A stretch of DNA of 32,000 nucleotides, from the NCBI GenBank assembly GCA_964514965.1, contig CAZETV010000002.1, positions 120,001 through 152,000 of the forward strand, read 5' to 3'. This document shows, piece by piece, positions 1 to 8,279 of this stretch. The position numbers and the translations under genes are program-made. Every line of letters begins with the position of its first letter. Within the stretch, counting starts at the first letter, position 1. The stretch is from Candidatus Hadarchaeota archaeon (GTDB taxonomy: Archaea; Hadarchaeota; Hadarchaeia; Hadarchaeales; Hadarchaeaceae). The notes under the pieces were generated by a model that was given only the letters and a program-made list of their open reading frames with translations, searched no databases and was not told the origin of the DNA.

Positions 1-2
1 GT

Positions 3-332
3 ATGAAAGATGAGCTGGCAAACAAACGCTGGAACTTGGCCGTCCTAGCAGGCGTCCATTGCACCATCTCAGCATGTGATGCGCTGACGATCTTCTTCTT
101 GGGTAGAAAACACAAGGGGATAAAACACGCCGATGCCGCAAAGCTCCTCGCTAGCATCGAGGGGATTGATCCAAGGAAGTTAAGGGAGAAATCCAACCAG
201 CTCATCTCCATCTTGGATTACAAAACCCCAGTGGAATACGACAAAACCGTGTTCAAGGAGTCGGACGCAAAGGAACTCACAAAAAGGGTCGAGCGCTTTT
301 ACAGTTGGGTCAAGGGGAAGTTGCCGGAGTGA
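3..332 (+). CDS. HEPN-like domain protein (possibly 5'-partial)
   Basis: 109 aa ORF with helical HEPN-like pattern (NRWNLAVLAGVHCTISACDALTIFFLGRKHKGIKHADAAKLL); begins at window edge. Confidence 0.6.
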   Translation: MKDELANKRWNLAVLAGVHCTISACDALTIFFLGRKHKGIKHADAAKLLASIEGIDPRKLREKSNQLISILDYKTPVEYDKTVFKESDAKELTKRVERFYSWVKGKLPE

Positions 333-342
333 TGCCGATATT

Positions 343-387
343 TGGTCCCGTAGGGGTTCGGGGGGTTCAAACCCTACCCCCGCACCA
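343..387 (+). repeat. tRNA-Leu-like 3' fragment (variable arm, T arm, acceptor 3' strand, CCA) without a recognisable 5' half
   Basis: TGGTCCCGTAGGGGTTCGGGGGGTTCAAACCCTACCCCCGCACCA resembles the variable arm/T arm/acceptor of tRNA-Leu and matches the 3' end of the tRNA-Leu at 22820-22926; no anticodon or D arm upstream. Confidence 0.65.
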
Positions 388-556
388 ACAAAAATCGTGC
401 AAAAATCCTGCCCAATTTTTGCCTGAAAATTGCACGAAAGATTTAAACGCCGCACCACAAAAATTACGCAAAAATCCTGCTCGAATCCTGCCCGGTTCTT
501 GCGAAAAATCGTTTGGGAGATTTGAACGGGGGCTTGAACCTATCCGGGCCCGCCAT
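361..556 (+). repeat. Left copy of ~200 bp inverted repeat made of tandem tRNA-3'-like units
   Basis: Reverse complement aligns along its length with 10214-10417 (e.g. AGGTTCAAG..C.CGTTCAAATCTCCCAAA.GAT.TTTCGCAAGAA). Confidence 0.8.
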
Positions 557-600
557 ATGTATACCGTAAGTTTTGCCCAATTCTAGCGGTACGAGTAAAC

Positions 601-1377
601 TCAATCGAGGCGCACGACTTCAATCTTCTTTAAGTCACAAACGCCAAGCTTTGCTTCTTGGGCGAGTTTCAGGTGCCCTACAGTAGAAGGGTCAATCCCT
701 AGAACGGTGGACCCCACAGCATCGGCCGCGATCGGATCGTTTGAAAAAATCATCACATCAAACCGCTTTCGTTCGCCACCCAACTCCGAGCTTAAACTGA
801 GCCGCCCGTCAATCACCGCTAAATCGGGGAGCTTGTAGCGGTTGATGTCGACGATGCTCTCTTCGATGCCCAGCTTGTGAAATCTGCCCTTATCCCGTCC
901 GATGGTGGCGCCGAGCATGTTCTTTAGCGAGAGCGTTACACGGGCTGATGAATGCTGTTTCAAAACAGCCACCGATATCAAATAGGTGCCCTTTAAAACC
1001 ATTGGGAACTCGAACCGCTTCAGCACTGCTGCCTCCGCTTTTTTCAAAACCTCGAACTCCTCCGAATTTAAGTCAACTAGCTTCACCCCGTGATAATTCG
1101 CCAATTCAACATAACCCTGATTACGATAGATAGTGTGGGTGCCCCCAAACCCTGAACCCTCGGCGACGATAAGTTGATTATCGTCCTTGAAAAATTTCAC
1201 GAGAGCTTCAACGGTGTCGGTAGGAGTCGTAACGGGATATGGGCGATCGGCGATGAGGTTAGGTTTTATCACCACTTTCCTGCGATGAACTTCAACACCC
1301 AAAGAGCGCAGGCCCTTTGGTACCATCGTGGTGGGGTCGTTTCCTCTTACAACAACAACTTTCGACATGCCCCTCAC
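601..1377 (-). CDS. DUF362 domain-containing protein
   Basis: 258 aa; KVVIKPNLIADRPYP, LKQHSSARVTLSLKNMLGATIGRDKGRFH, AVDAVGSTVLGIDP-type motifs. Confidence 0.8.
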   Translation of the reverse strand: MRGMSKVVVVRGNDPTTMVPKGLRSLGVEVHRRKVVIKPNLIADRPYPVTTPTDTVEALVKFFKDDNQLIVAEGSGFGGTHTIYRNQGYVELANYHGVKLVDLNSEEFEVLKKAEAAVLKRFEFPMVLKGTYLISVAVLKQHSSARVTLSLKNMLGATIGRDKGRFHKLGIEESIVDINRYKLPDLAVIDGRLSLSSELGGERKRFDVMIFSNDPIAADAVGSTVLGIDPSTVGHLKLAQEAKLGVCDLKKIEVVRLD

Positions 1378-1442
1378 ACTTGTTTATCTAATTATAAAGT
1401 TAAAATGGTCACCCAGAAAGCGATATGGCTGCTAAGAAAGAA

Positions 1443-3278
1443 CTAAAATTTCGCATACTTACTCAAGCCGAGTTCCTTTAACTTCTCAGGGGTCGGCTTA
1501 CCTTTCTTCCACCCGCGCAGGGCATAGTACTCATCGAGCATCGCCCCCAGCTTGACAACATGACCTTTAGACGGACCCTCGGGCATCGATTCTTTGAGCA
1601 AACGTTTGGGTAGCGTGTCGTCCTTGCGGCCAAAGCCCTCGCGGTTGATGAAGAGCCGCTCAAGAGTATAGATACGATCACCGGCTTTCAACAGCTCATC
1701 GGGCGACCAGTTCCACCCTGTTATCGCGTTTAGCATCTCTACTATTTCAGGCATCCAAATGGCGAGGGTCGCAAATTTACAAAAGACGGCCGAATCACAG
1801 ATTGCGAATAGGTCTTGAAGAGTCTTCACCCACTGCGCCTTTCCCTCAGTGGCGAAGCGGTCAAGTCGTTTGGACACACCAAAAATTTCAGGACCTGTCA
1901 TGTAAGCTCGAAGGTGGCAGCTACCACTATTTGAGGTCGCGTATGCCAGCCCGTGTCCCTGAGAACCACGCGAATCATACGCAGACATTTCAAGTCCTTT
2001 AACGTGCATCGCCAGCTCGGAAGCGCCGTATTTCTCCGCGAGGCGCTTCGCCCCGAGCGCGATATCGTTGCCGAATCCTAGGCGATAGGCTGTCCGCCAA
2101 GTAAGCTCCACAATCGCTTGGGGATTGCCGAACTTCAGCACGAGCCCTCTCAGCTTCTCCTTCGATATCTTCCCGCGCTCACTCAGCTCCATTGCACAGC
2201 CCACGATGTTACCATAAGAAATGGGATCAATGCCCAGCTCATCACAGAGGTTGTTGGCCTTTGCTATGGCGTTTAAATCATTGACGTAGCACTGAGGCCC
2301 TAACGCCCAGAGCGCCTCATATTCTGGTCCCTCTCCCTCGACTTGATAAGGTACTTGAGTGATTCGGATTACGCGACCGCATGCAATCGGGCACTCCCAA
2401 CATGCTTTGCCTTTCACCGATATCGTCTTCGCAATGGTTTCACCGCTAATTTTTCCCGCGCTTGGAAAAACGCCCGTCTGAAAATTTCGAGTAGGGAGAA
2501 GCCCATACTCGTTGATAGTATTGACCGCAACAGCAGTTCCAAAGGTAGGCAGAGATTGCCCAGTAATTCGACTCTCTCGTAACATCTTCAACACTTTTTG
2601 AACGACTTCTTTGAATCTCTTCTCGTCCACGATGGGTATTTTTTTGTTTCCACGCACAGCGATTGCTTTGAGCTGTTTCGACCCCATCACAGCCCCAGCC
2701 GCGGCCCTGCCAGCCGTGCGATGCTTGTCGTTTATGATTGCCGCACACATCGCAAGGTTCTCCCCTGCGGGACCGATCGAGGCGATTTTGATATTCGAGT
2801 CCCCGAGTTCCTTACGGATACCGTCCTCGGTGCCACAAGTGCCTTTGCCCCAATACCGCCCAGCAGGCCTGATTTCCGCCTCTCCTTTGCGTATCCACAG
2901 GTAAACGGGCTCGGCCGCTTTGCCCTCGATAATTATTCCGTCGTAACCTGCAAACCTGAGTTCCGGACCGAAGGTACCGCCACAATTGCTCTCTCCAATA
3001 CCTCCAGTCTGTGGTGATTTGGTGATGATGTGGAATCTACCGCTCGTTGGGAATGCCGTGCCTGTGGCAGGACCCGTCATAAAGAGCAACTTGTTTTCAG
3101 GCCCCATAGGGTCGGTACCGGGTTTGAGTTCTTCGATGAGGATTTTCACGCCCAAGCCGCGACCTCCAACAAACAATTTGGCCTCGTCCTCGTCCACGAA
3201 CTCGTCGCGCATTGAACCAGATGAGAGATCAGAACGCAAAAGTTTCAGCTTCAAACCACCGCCTCGAGGAAAAATCAT
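1443..3278 (-). CDS. aor: Aldehyde:ferredoxin oxidoreductase family protein (tungsten-type)
   Basis: 611 aa; LFVGGRGLGVKILIEEL, GPATGTAFPTSGRFHIITKSPQTGGIGESNCGG, CWECPIACGR, AICDSAVFCKFA motifs. Confidence 0.92.
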   Translation of the reverse strand: MIFPRGGGLKLKLLRSDLSSGSMRDEFVDEDEAKLFVGGRGLGVKILIEELKPGTDPMGPENKLLFMTGPATGTAFPTSGRFHIITKSPQTGGIGESNCGGTFGPELRFAGYDGIIIEGKAAEPVYLWIRKGEAEIRPAGRYWGKGTCGTEDGIRKELGDSNIKIASIGPAGENLAMCAAIINDKHRTAGRAAAGAVMGSKQLKAIAVRGNKKIPIVDEKRFKEVVQKVLKMLRESRITGQSLPTFGTAVAVNTINEYGLLPTRNFQTGVFPSAGKISGETIAKTISVKGKACWECPIACGRVIRITQVPYQVEGEGPEYEALWALGPQCYVNDLNAIAKANNLCDELGIDPISYGNIVGCAMELSERGKISKEKLRGLVLKFGNPQAIVELTWRTAYRLGFGNDIALGAKRLAEKYGASELAMHVKGLEMSAYDSRGSQGHGLAYATSNSGSCHLRAYMTGPEIFGVSKRLDRFATEGKAQWVKTLQDLFAICDSAVFCKFATLAIWMPEIVEMLNAITGWNWSPDELLKAGDRIYTLERLFINREGFGRKDDTLPKRLLKESMPEGPSKGHVVKLGAMLDEYYALRGWKKGKPTPEKLKELGLSKYAKF

Positions 3279-3347
3279 CGGTCAATTTTAAGTAAGTTTG
3301 GGTAATGGTCTAAAAACTGATTAAAGCATGCACAAATACAATCATTT

Positions 3348-3508
3348 GGTAGCCCGGTGGGGTAGACCAGTGTTGACTGGGCCCAATGGTCAGGGGCTAA
3401 AACCCCCCGCAAAATCCTGCGGGCCTTTGGAGCCCGCGACGGCGGAAGGGAAAAATCCTGCCGAATTCGAACGTCGACATGCCGACCGAAATTCCGCCCC
3501 GGGCTACC
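3348..3508 (+). ncRNA. Candidate structured RNA, copy A
   Basis: Perfect 10-bp closing stem GGTAGCCCGG/CCGGGCTACC; internal stems; shares architecture with copy B at 4066-4200. Confidence 0.6.
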
Positions 3509-3603
3509 ATTCACAACTTTAAATTAATCTCAGCGCTTTGCCCGTCTGCGGCTTAGGGGACCACATTTTTAAAGTTAGTGCCGAAAGTTTTTATGTTGAT
3601 TGA

Positions 3604-4005
3604 ATGTACCCACGCGCTCTCCCTAAACTCCAGCTCATGGCGGACATAGCGTTCGGCATAGCATTGGCTGTACTATATGTTGGCTTCAGCTTGACCCTAA
3701 AAAATATCCAATTGGAGATCAACTCTTTATTCCTCGCAAGTTATGCGCTCCTCGGCCTCGGTGTTTTAGTGTTCTACTTGGTTCTCATGACAAACTCAAA
3801 GCTTGCGCTTCTCCTCCACGTTTGGACATTCCCACTGTTTAGCACTTTAAACCTCTTCCTGAGGTGGATGCCGAGCGTGATGGGTAAAGTAACAAATGTT
3901 CAGGTACTGTTCAGCATCATCCTCGTTTACGTTTTACTTCTGTTCGCATTCTTCGTCGCCCAATCCGCCCTACGCAAGCGGATACTTGAGCGCCCTGTTG
4001 TATAG
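3604..4005 (+). CDS. Small multi-pass membrane protein, unknown function
   Basis: 133 aa with repeated hydrophobic segments; ATG start; located between the two related RNA elements. Confidence 0.65.
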   Translation: MYPRALPKLQLMADIAFGIALAVLYVGFSLTLKNIQLEINSLFLASYALLGLGVLVFYLVLMTNSKLALLLHVWTFPLFSTLNLFLRWMPSVMGKVTNVQVLFSIILVYVLLLFAFFVAQSALRKRILERPVV

Positions 4006-4065
4006 CAAATCCAAATTTCACATAATAAAGCAAACCTAATTTAAGAAGAATAAAACATTATTCTC

Positions 4066-4200
4066 GGTAGCCCCGTGGGGTAGACCAACAATGTTGGGCC
4101 CAATGGTCAATCCTGGCGGACATCGTTAAGACCGCAATCTGGATCCGTCGACCCCGGTTCGAAACGGCTCAACCGACGAAGTTCCGGGCGGGGCTATCGC
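4066..4200 (+). ncRNA. Candidate structured RNA, copy B
   Basis: Closing stem GGTAGCCCCG/CGGGGCTATC; shared blocks GTGGGGTAGACCA, GGGCCCAATGGTCA, TTCGAA...CGAA...TTCCG with copy A, with compensatory stem changes. Confidence 0.6.
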
Positions 4201-4201
4201 T

Positions 4202-4435
4202 CTAAACTTCAACAACAATTGCCGTGTTAGTGTCGACTACGCCTTTAATCTTGTGAATTCCTTGGACGACAGCGCTAGTCAGTTTTCCAAGGTCTTTGGC
4301 CTCCACCAACACGATGATATCATATGGGCCAGTGACCACGTATACCGATTTCGTCCCTTGAAGTCCTTCTAGCTCCTTTGCGACCTGTCTAACTTTACCT
4401 ATCGCAGTAGTTATCAAAACATACGCTTGTACCAA
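4202..4435 (-). CDS. Lrp/AsnC ligand-binding (RAM) domain protein, stand-alone
   Basis: 77 aa MVQAYVLITTAIGKVRQVAKELEGLQGTKSVYVVTGPYDIIVLVEAKD... Confidence 0.88.
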   Translation of the reverse strand: MVQAYVLITTAIGKVRQVAKELEGLQGTKSVYVVTGPYDIIVLVEAKDLGKLTSAVVQGIHKIKGVVDTNTAIVVEV

Positions 4436-4480
4436 TCACTCACCTTGTATCTACTTTTTGGGCAGCGCTTAAAAATTTAC

Positions 4481-5065
4481 CTAAACAAACATGACGAATA
4501 TCACGACGAACACAAGTAGGGGTATCTCTATCGCCGCCCAAATTGCGGGTTTCCACAAGAAAACTTTCTCTCCGTCAAGAGGTGGGATGGGTAATAGATT
4601 GAAAAACGCTAGCCAGAGGTTAATAAGCGCGCCCCACAATCCAATCGTGCCAATCAGCCCTGACAAGTAACTTAGAGGAAAGAAGCAACCGGCAATTGCG
4701 ATATTCACAACCGGCCCTGCCAACCCGATTAACCCACTCTGACGGCGGGTGAAATACGATGACAAAATTACGACCGCACCGGGAGCTGCGAAAATAAATT
4801 TGCCTCCAGAGGCCAGCCCGATTAAGAGTGCAAATACCAAGCCGAACGTCCACATCCGGTAGACCGCAAAGTAGCCATATCGATTAGCAACATACTTATG
4901 GGTAAGTTCATGAGCAATGAAACCAAGGACCAGAGGTATAGATATTGCAGCAAAACGCGCTCCCACGCCCTCAAGAGAGAGAAACCCGATCCCCGAAACA
5001 GCAACTGCGAGCACGAGAACTGAGATTAAGATGTGGCGCAACTCAGTCTTTATAAAATGAACCAT
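4481..5065 (-). CDS. Site-2 protease family (M50) membrane protein
   Basis: HELTHKYVANRYG (HExxH) and NLWLAFFNLLPIPPLDGEKVF motifs, multiple TM segments. Confidence 0.9.
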   Translation of the reverse strand: MVHFIKTELRHILISVLVLAVAVSGIGFLSLEGVGARFAAISIPLVLGFIAHELTHKYVANRYGYFAVYRMWTFGLVFALLIGLASGGKFIFAAPGAVVILSSYFTRRQSGLIGLAGPVVNIAIAGCFFPLSYLSGLIGTIGLWGALINLWLAFFNLLPIPPLDGEKVFLWKPAIWAAIEIPLLVFVVIFVMFV

Positions 5066-5070
5066 CTAGT

Positions 5071-5292
5071 TCACGTTGACTCTTTGATGGTAATTTTTCG
5101 CTTGAGGATTAACTCGGCCGACCGAATGACAGACCCACCAGCGCCTATGGCCCTGGCGATTTGCTCCTTCGGCACGTATACAATAAGCCCATCTTCCTGC
5201 TCCTCTACTTTGCTTATCGGGACGTTCAGCATTTGCTTTAGTTTTTCGCTTATCTCTACTTCCATTTTTTCAACTCCATTTGATGTCTTCAT
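5071..5292 (-). CDS. KH-domain RNA-binding protein
   Basis: 73 aa; KEQIARAIGAGGSVIRSAELILKRKITI matches the KH GxxG region. Confidence 0.75.
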   Translation of the reverse strand: MKTSNGVEKMEVEISEKLKQMLNVPISKVEEQEDGLIVYVPKEQIARAIGAGGSVIRSAELILKRKITIKEST

Positions 5293-5380
5293 AACCTATT
5301 TAAAAAGTTTGCTAAACATTGAGATTCCTTTGATCAATATTATGCTACCCAAAATCACAAAAAAAATCTGCCGCAATTCT

Positions 5381-6136
5381 CTAACTACTGACCTCGTATT
5401 CCACGCTCGTCCTCCAACTTCCAGAGAGCCCCTTGCTCAGTCTTTCATAAATACCCGGCACATGCCCAGCGCCCACCACACATGCAACTTTACCGGTGCT
5501 CGCGGATAGCAGCATCGCTACCCTCGAGGCCATGTAAGCATCACGCTCCCCGATTAACACTTGGTAAGAAGTTGGCGAGGTCCGCTTCAACTCCTGCAAC
5601 AAGTAAGCGACAATTTGGTCGTCGGTAAGCCGCTCGAGCTCCACACGATTTCCAAAAGGTAGGAGGCCCAGCAGAAGTCCCACAAACAGCTTTACACGTT
5701 CTCGCCAAGACATGCGATTGATGAGCCGCTGCATAGTTATGTTGATATCCCGGTCAATCAGCTCCACCCGCGCGCCGATTTCTCTGGCGTGCCTGATTGC
5801 GACTAGCATCTCCTCGCCAGCTGGCATACCAGTCTGATGCGAGAACCTGTTTTGTAAGAGGTAGAGCAGGCTGTTAAGCAGCCCCAGCCTAATCCCTCCG
5901 GCGCGCACTGATTCAAGCATGCTTGGCCGTTTGAGGTCTTGAGTGAGCGCTAAATAGCGGGCGGGACAGAGCTCCACAGCAACAACATCCGGCTTTTCCC
6001 CCACAATGATTTCTTTGACCTCCACCGCGCTCTTAGGCAGGACATGCGCGACCCCTATAAGGAGAAGGCGGTCATCTAACTTTCGAAGCACCCTTGATCC
6101 CCCAGACCCGATAAGTGAGAAGTATGTGTTTTCCAA
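5381..6136 (-). CDS. TraB/GumN family protein
   Basis: LIGVAHVLPKSAVEVKEIIVGEKPDVVAVELCPARY, AIRHAREIGARVELIDRDI, VVGAGHVPGI; upstream part of ORF overlaps the next gene so the true start may be internal. Confidence 0.88.
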   Translation of the reverse strand: MENTYFSLIGSGGSRVLRKLDDRLLLIGVAHVLPKSAVEVKEIIVGEKPDVVAVELCPARYLALTQDLKRPSMLESVRAGGIRLGLLNSLLYLLQNRFSHQTGMPAGEEMLVAIRHAREIGARVELIDRDINITMQRLINRMSWRERVKLFVGLLLGLLPFGNRVELERLTDDQIVAYLLQELKRTSPTSYQVLIGERDAYMASRVAMLLSASTGKVACVVGAGHVPGIYERLSKGLSGSWRTSVEYEVSS

Positions 6137-6743
6137 TTTTTTTGACGCTAAGGAGTTTTAGCTTTACACCATTTCGAACATCGGCGAATCCAGCACCACC
6201 GACCAAGGACTTCGCCTTAGCTCCACCCACTATCCGGGGCGCTACGGCTACGCACACCTCGTCCACCAACCCCTGCTTGAACATTGCCCAGTTTATGGTC
6301 GAACCCCCTTCAAGCAAAACTCTGCGCATCCCCAGTGAGCGGAGTCGCCTAAGCAATCTACGCAGTTTAACCTTCTTATTGCCAATCACGATGATTTCAG
6401 CTCCAGCCGCTCGCAGTTCTTCAATTTTTCGTTTAGGGGCCCGCTTAGACACGGAGATAATGGTCTTAGCTGAACCGTTAAGAACTCGGGCATTGACCGG
6501 CGTCCTTGCCTCGCCATCAATAATCACGCGGACGGGATTTTTCCCCTTCACCCGCCGGACTGTCAGCAAAGGATCGTCAGCCAGAACTGTGCCAACTCCC
6601 ACAATCACTGCATCAACGCTTGCACGAAGTTTATGAAGGCGGTTGAGATCCATCTTGCATGAAATCTTGCTGTCCCCAGCTACAGTCGCAATCTTGCCAT
6701 CGAGCGTCATTGCAGCGTTGAGAATCACATAGGGGCGAGTCAT
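6072..6743 (-). CDS. 2,5-diamino-6-(ribosylamino)-4(3H)-pyrimidinone 5'-phosphate reductase (RibD C-terminal family)
   Basis: RPYVILNAAMTLDGKIAT, VDAVIVGVGTVLADDPLLTVR, RRVLLEGGSTINWAMFKQGLVDE. Confidence 0.9.
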   Translation of the reverse strand: MTRPYVILNAAMTLDGKIATVAGDSKISCKMDLNRLHKLRASVDAVIVGVGTVLADDPLLTVRRVKGKNPVRVIIDGEARTPVNARVLNGSAKTIISVSKRAPKRKIEELRAAGAEIIVIGNKKVKLRRLLRRLRSLGMRRVLLEGGSTINWAMFKQGLVDEVCVAVAPRIVGGAKAKSLVGGAGFADVRNGVKLKLLSVKKIGKHILLTYRVWGIKGASKVR

Positions 6744-6789
6744 GGTGTGTCCAACGAAGTCTTGTCTTCCAGCTCTTAAGTTGTAGGGA

Positions 6790-6885
6790 TGGGGCCAGGG
6801 TCGGGATTTGAACCCGACACACGGGATATCTGCGAGAAAAACTCCCCACAGTCCCGGATGTTAACCAAACTACACTACCCTGGCC
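6790..6885 (-). tRNA. tRNA-His(GTG) with a canonical-position intron of about 18 nt (6828-6845)
   Basis: Cloverleaf with G-1:C73, acceptor GCCAGGG/CCCTGGC, anticodon stem CGGGA/TCCCG, anticodon GTG (6847-6849), T arm TCGGG-TTCAAAT-CCCGA, encoded CCA; intron GGAGTTTTTCTCGCAGAT after position 37. Confidence 0.93.
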
Positions 6886-7009
6886 ACGACTAAAAATTGG
6901 TGAGACTTGTATTTAGATTTACTTTTTTCGCGAGGTCTGGTAGTTAAGAACCGTGCCTAGGGCTAAAGCGAATATCATACAAATACTTTCTCACAGAAAA
7001 AAATAAAAC

Positions 7010-8026
7010 ATGAAATTACTACTAGCTACTAAAGGTGCTAAATTGAAAGTATTGTTGCTTTCAAGAGCTGATGTCGAAACACTCATTTCAATACGTGAAG
7101 TTATCAAAGCCGTTGAGGGGGCATTTATGGCAAAAGAACTTGGTAAAACCCAGATGCCTCCAAAATCATATGTATTCTTAAACCGCTATGATGGCGATTT
7201 CAGGGTAATGCCCGCTTATCTGGAAGACACTGAAGCGGCGGGAGTAAAAATTGTCAACGTTCATCCGCAAAACCCTAGTAAGCACGGTATGCCTACGGTG
7301 ATGGCAATCATCGTATTGCTTGACCCACGAACCGGTGCTCCTCTTGCGATTATGGACGGTACAACGATTACCAATCTAAGAACCGGGGCCAGTGGTGCTG
7401 TAGCGGCAAAGTACTTGGCGCGGAAGGACTCTCGTGTGGTTGCAATAATCGGGGCCGGGGTACAAGCTACAAATCAGTTTTTAGCCCTAAACGAGATTTT
7501 CAAAATTGAAGGATTAAGGGTAAGCGACAAGCTTGAGGCGAACACGAAAAAATATGCCTCTGAAATGAAAAAACGATTCGATATCAGCATAAAAATAACC
7601 AACGTTAAGGAAGCTGTTCAAGGCGCAGACATCATAGTAACAACCACACCAGTCAAGAGCCCCATCATCATGAACGATTGGATATCAGAGGGTGTGCACA
7701 TTAACGCGATAGGCGCAGATGCTCCGGGAAAGCAGGAACTTGACCCCAAGATATTGAAACGAGCTAAAATAGTTATAGACAACTGGGAGCAAGCGTCCCA
7801 TAGTGGTGAGATAAACGTACCCTTTTCAAAAAGTATGTTGACTCGCGAGGATATACATGCCGAACTCAGTGAGATAGTTAGCGGGAAAAAATCCGGTCGC
7901 ACATCAAACGAAGAGATAACGATTTTCGACTCGACCGGTCTGGCGATTCAAGACATGGCAACTGCTTTGATAGCTTACAAAAAAGCTAAAAAAAATGGAA
8001 TGGGCACGGAAGTGGAGTTACTGTGA
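7010..8026 (+). CDS. Ornithine cyclodeaminase/mu-crystallin (alanine dehydrogenase-like) family protein
   Basis: 338 aa; TTITNLRTGASGAVAAKYLARKDSRVVAIIGAGVQATNQ, VHINAIGADAPGKQELD. Confidence 0.93.
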   Translation: MKLLLATKGAKLKVLLLSRADVETLISIREVIKAVEGAFMAKELGKTQMPPKSYVFLNRYDGDFRVMPAYLEDTEAAGVKIVNVHPQNPSKHGMPTVMAIIVLLDPRTGAPLAIMDGTTITNLRTGASGAVAAKYLARKDSRVVAIIGAGVQATNQFLALNEIFKIEGLRVSDKLEANTKKYASEMKKRFDISIKITNVKEAVQGADIIVTTTPVKSPIIMNDWISEGVHINAIGADAPGKQELDPKILKRAKIVIDNWEQASHSGEINVPFSKSMLTREDIHAELSEIVSGKKSGRTSNEEITIFDSTGLAIQDMATALIAYKKAKKNGMGTEVELL

Positions 8027-8279
8027 TCATCAGTCAACAACAAGATGGGCTGGCACGACTTCTTTTTCCCTTCTACAGTTTAACTAAAAATTTTGTTGAC
8101 AATCTGCTTGGTAATTCGACTCTAAATATGCCCCAAGGTATTATCAAAACCTTAAAAAAAACGGAGCGGTCAAGAATGATTGGATGGATTGCTGAGCCCG
8201 CTAATTTTATGCTAAAAAAATGTGTGGAATACATGTTGGCGGTTGAAAACGAAACTCATGTTGAAGGAGGTCTGAAAAC

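Noticed and set aside
361-556. CRISPR array interpretation of tandem repeats
   Set aside because: Units of ~80-100 bp are degenerate along their entire length with no conserved short repeat/unique spacer alternation and no cas genes in the window.
4066-4200. tRNA or tRNA-Sec interpretation of the structured RNA copy B
   Set aside because: Has GGTTCGAAA but no T stem of 5 bp next to an acceptor stem, no anticodon arm in place and no CCA.
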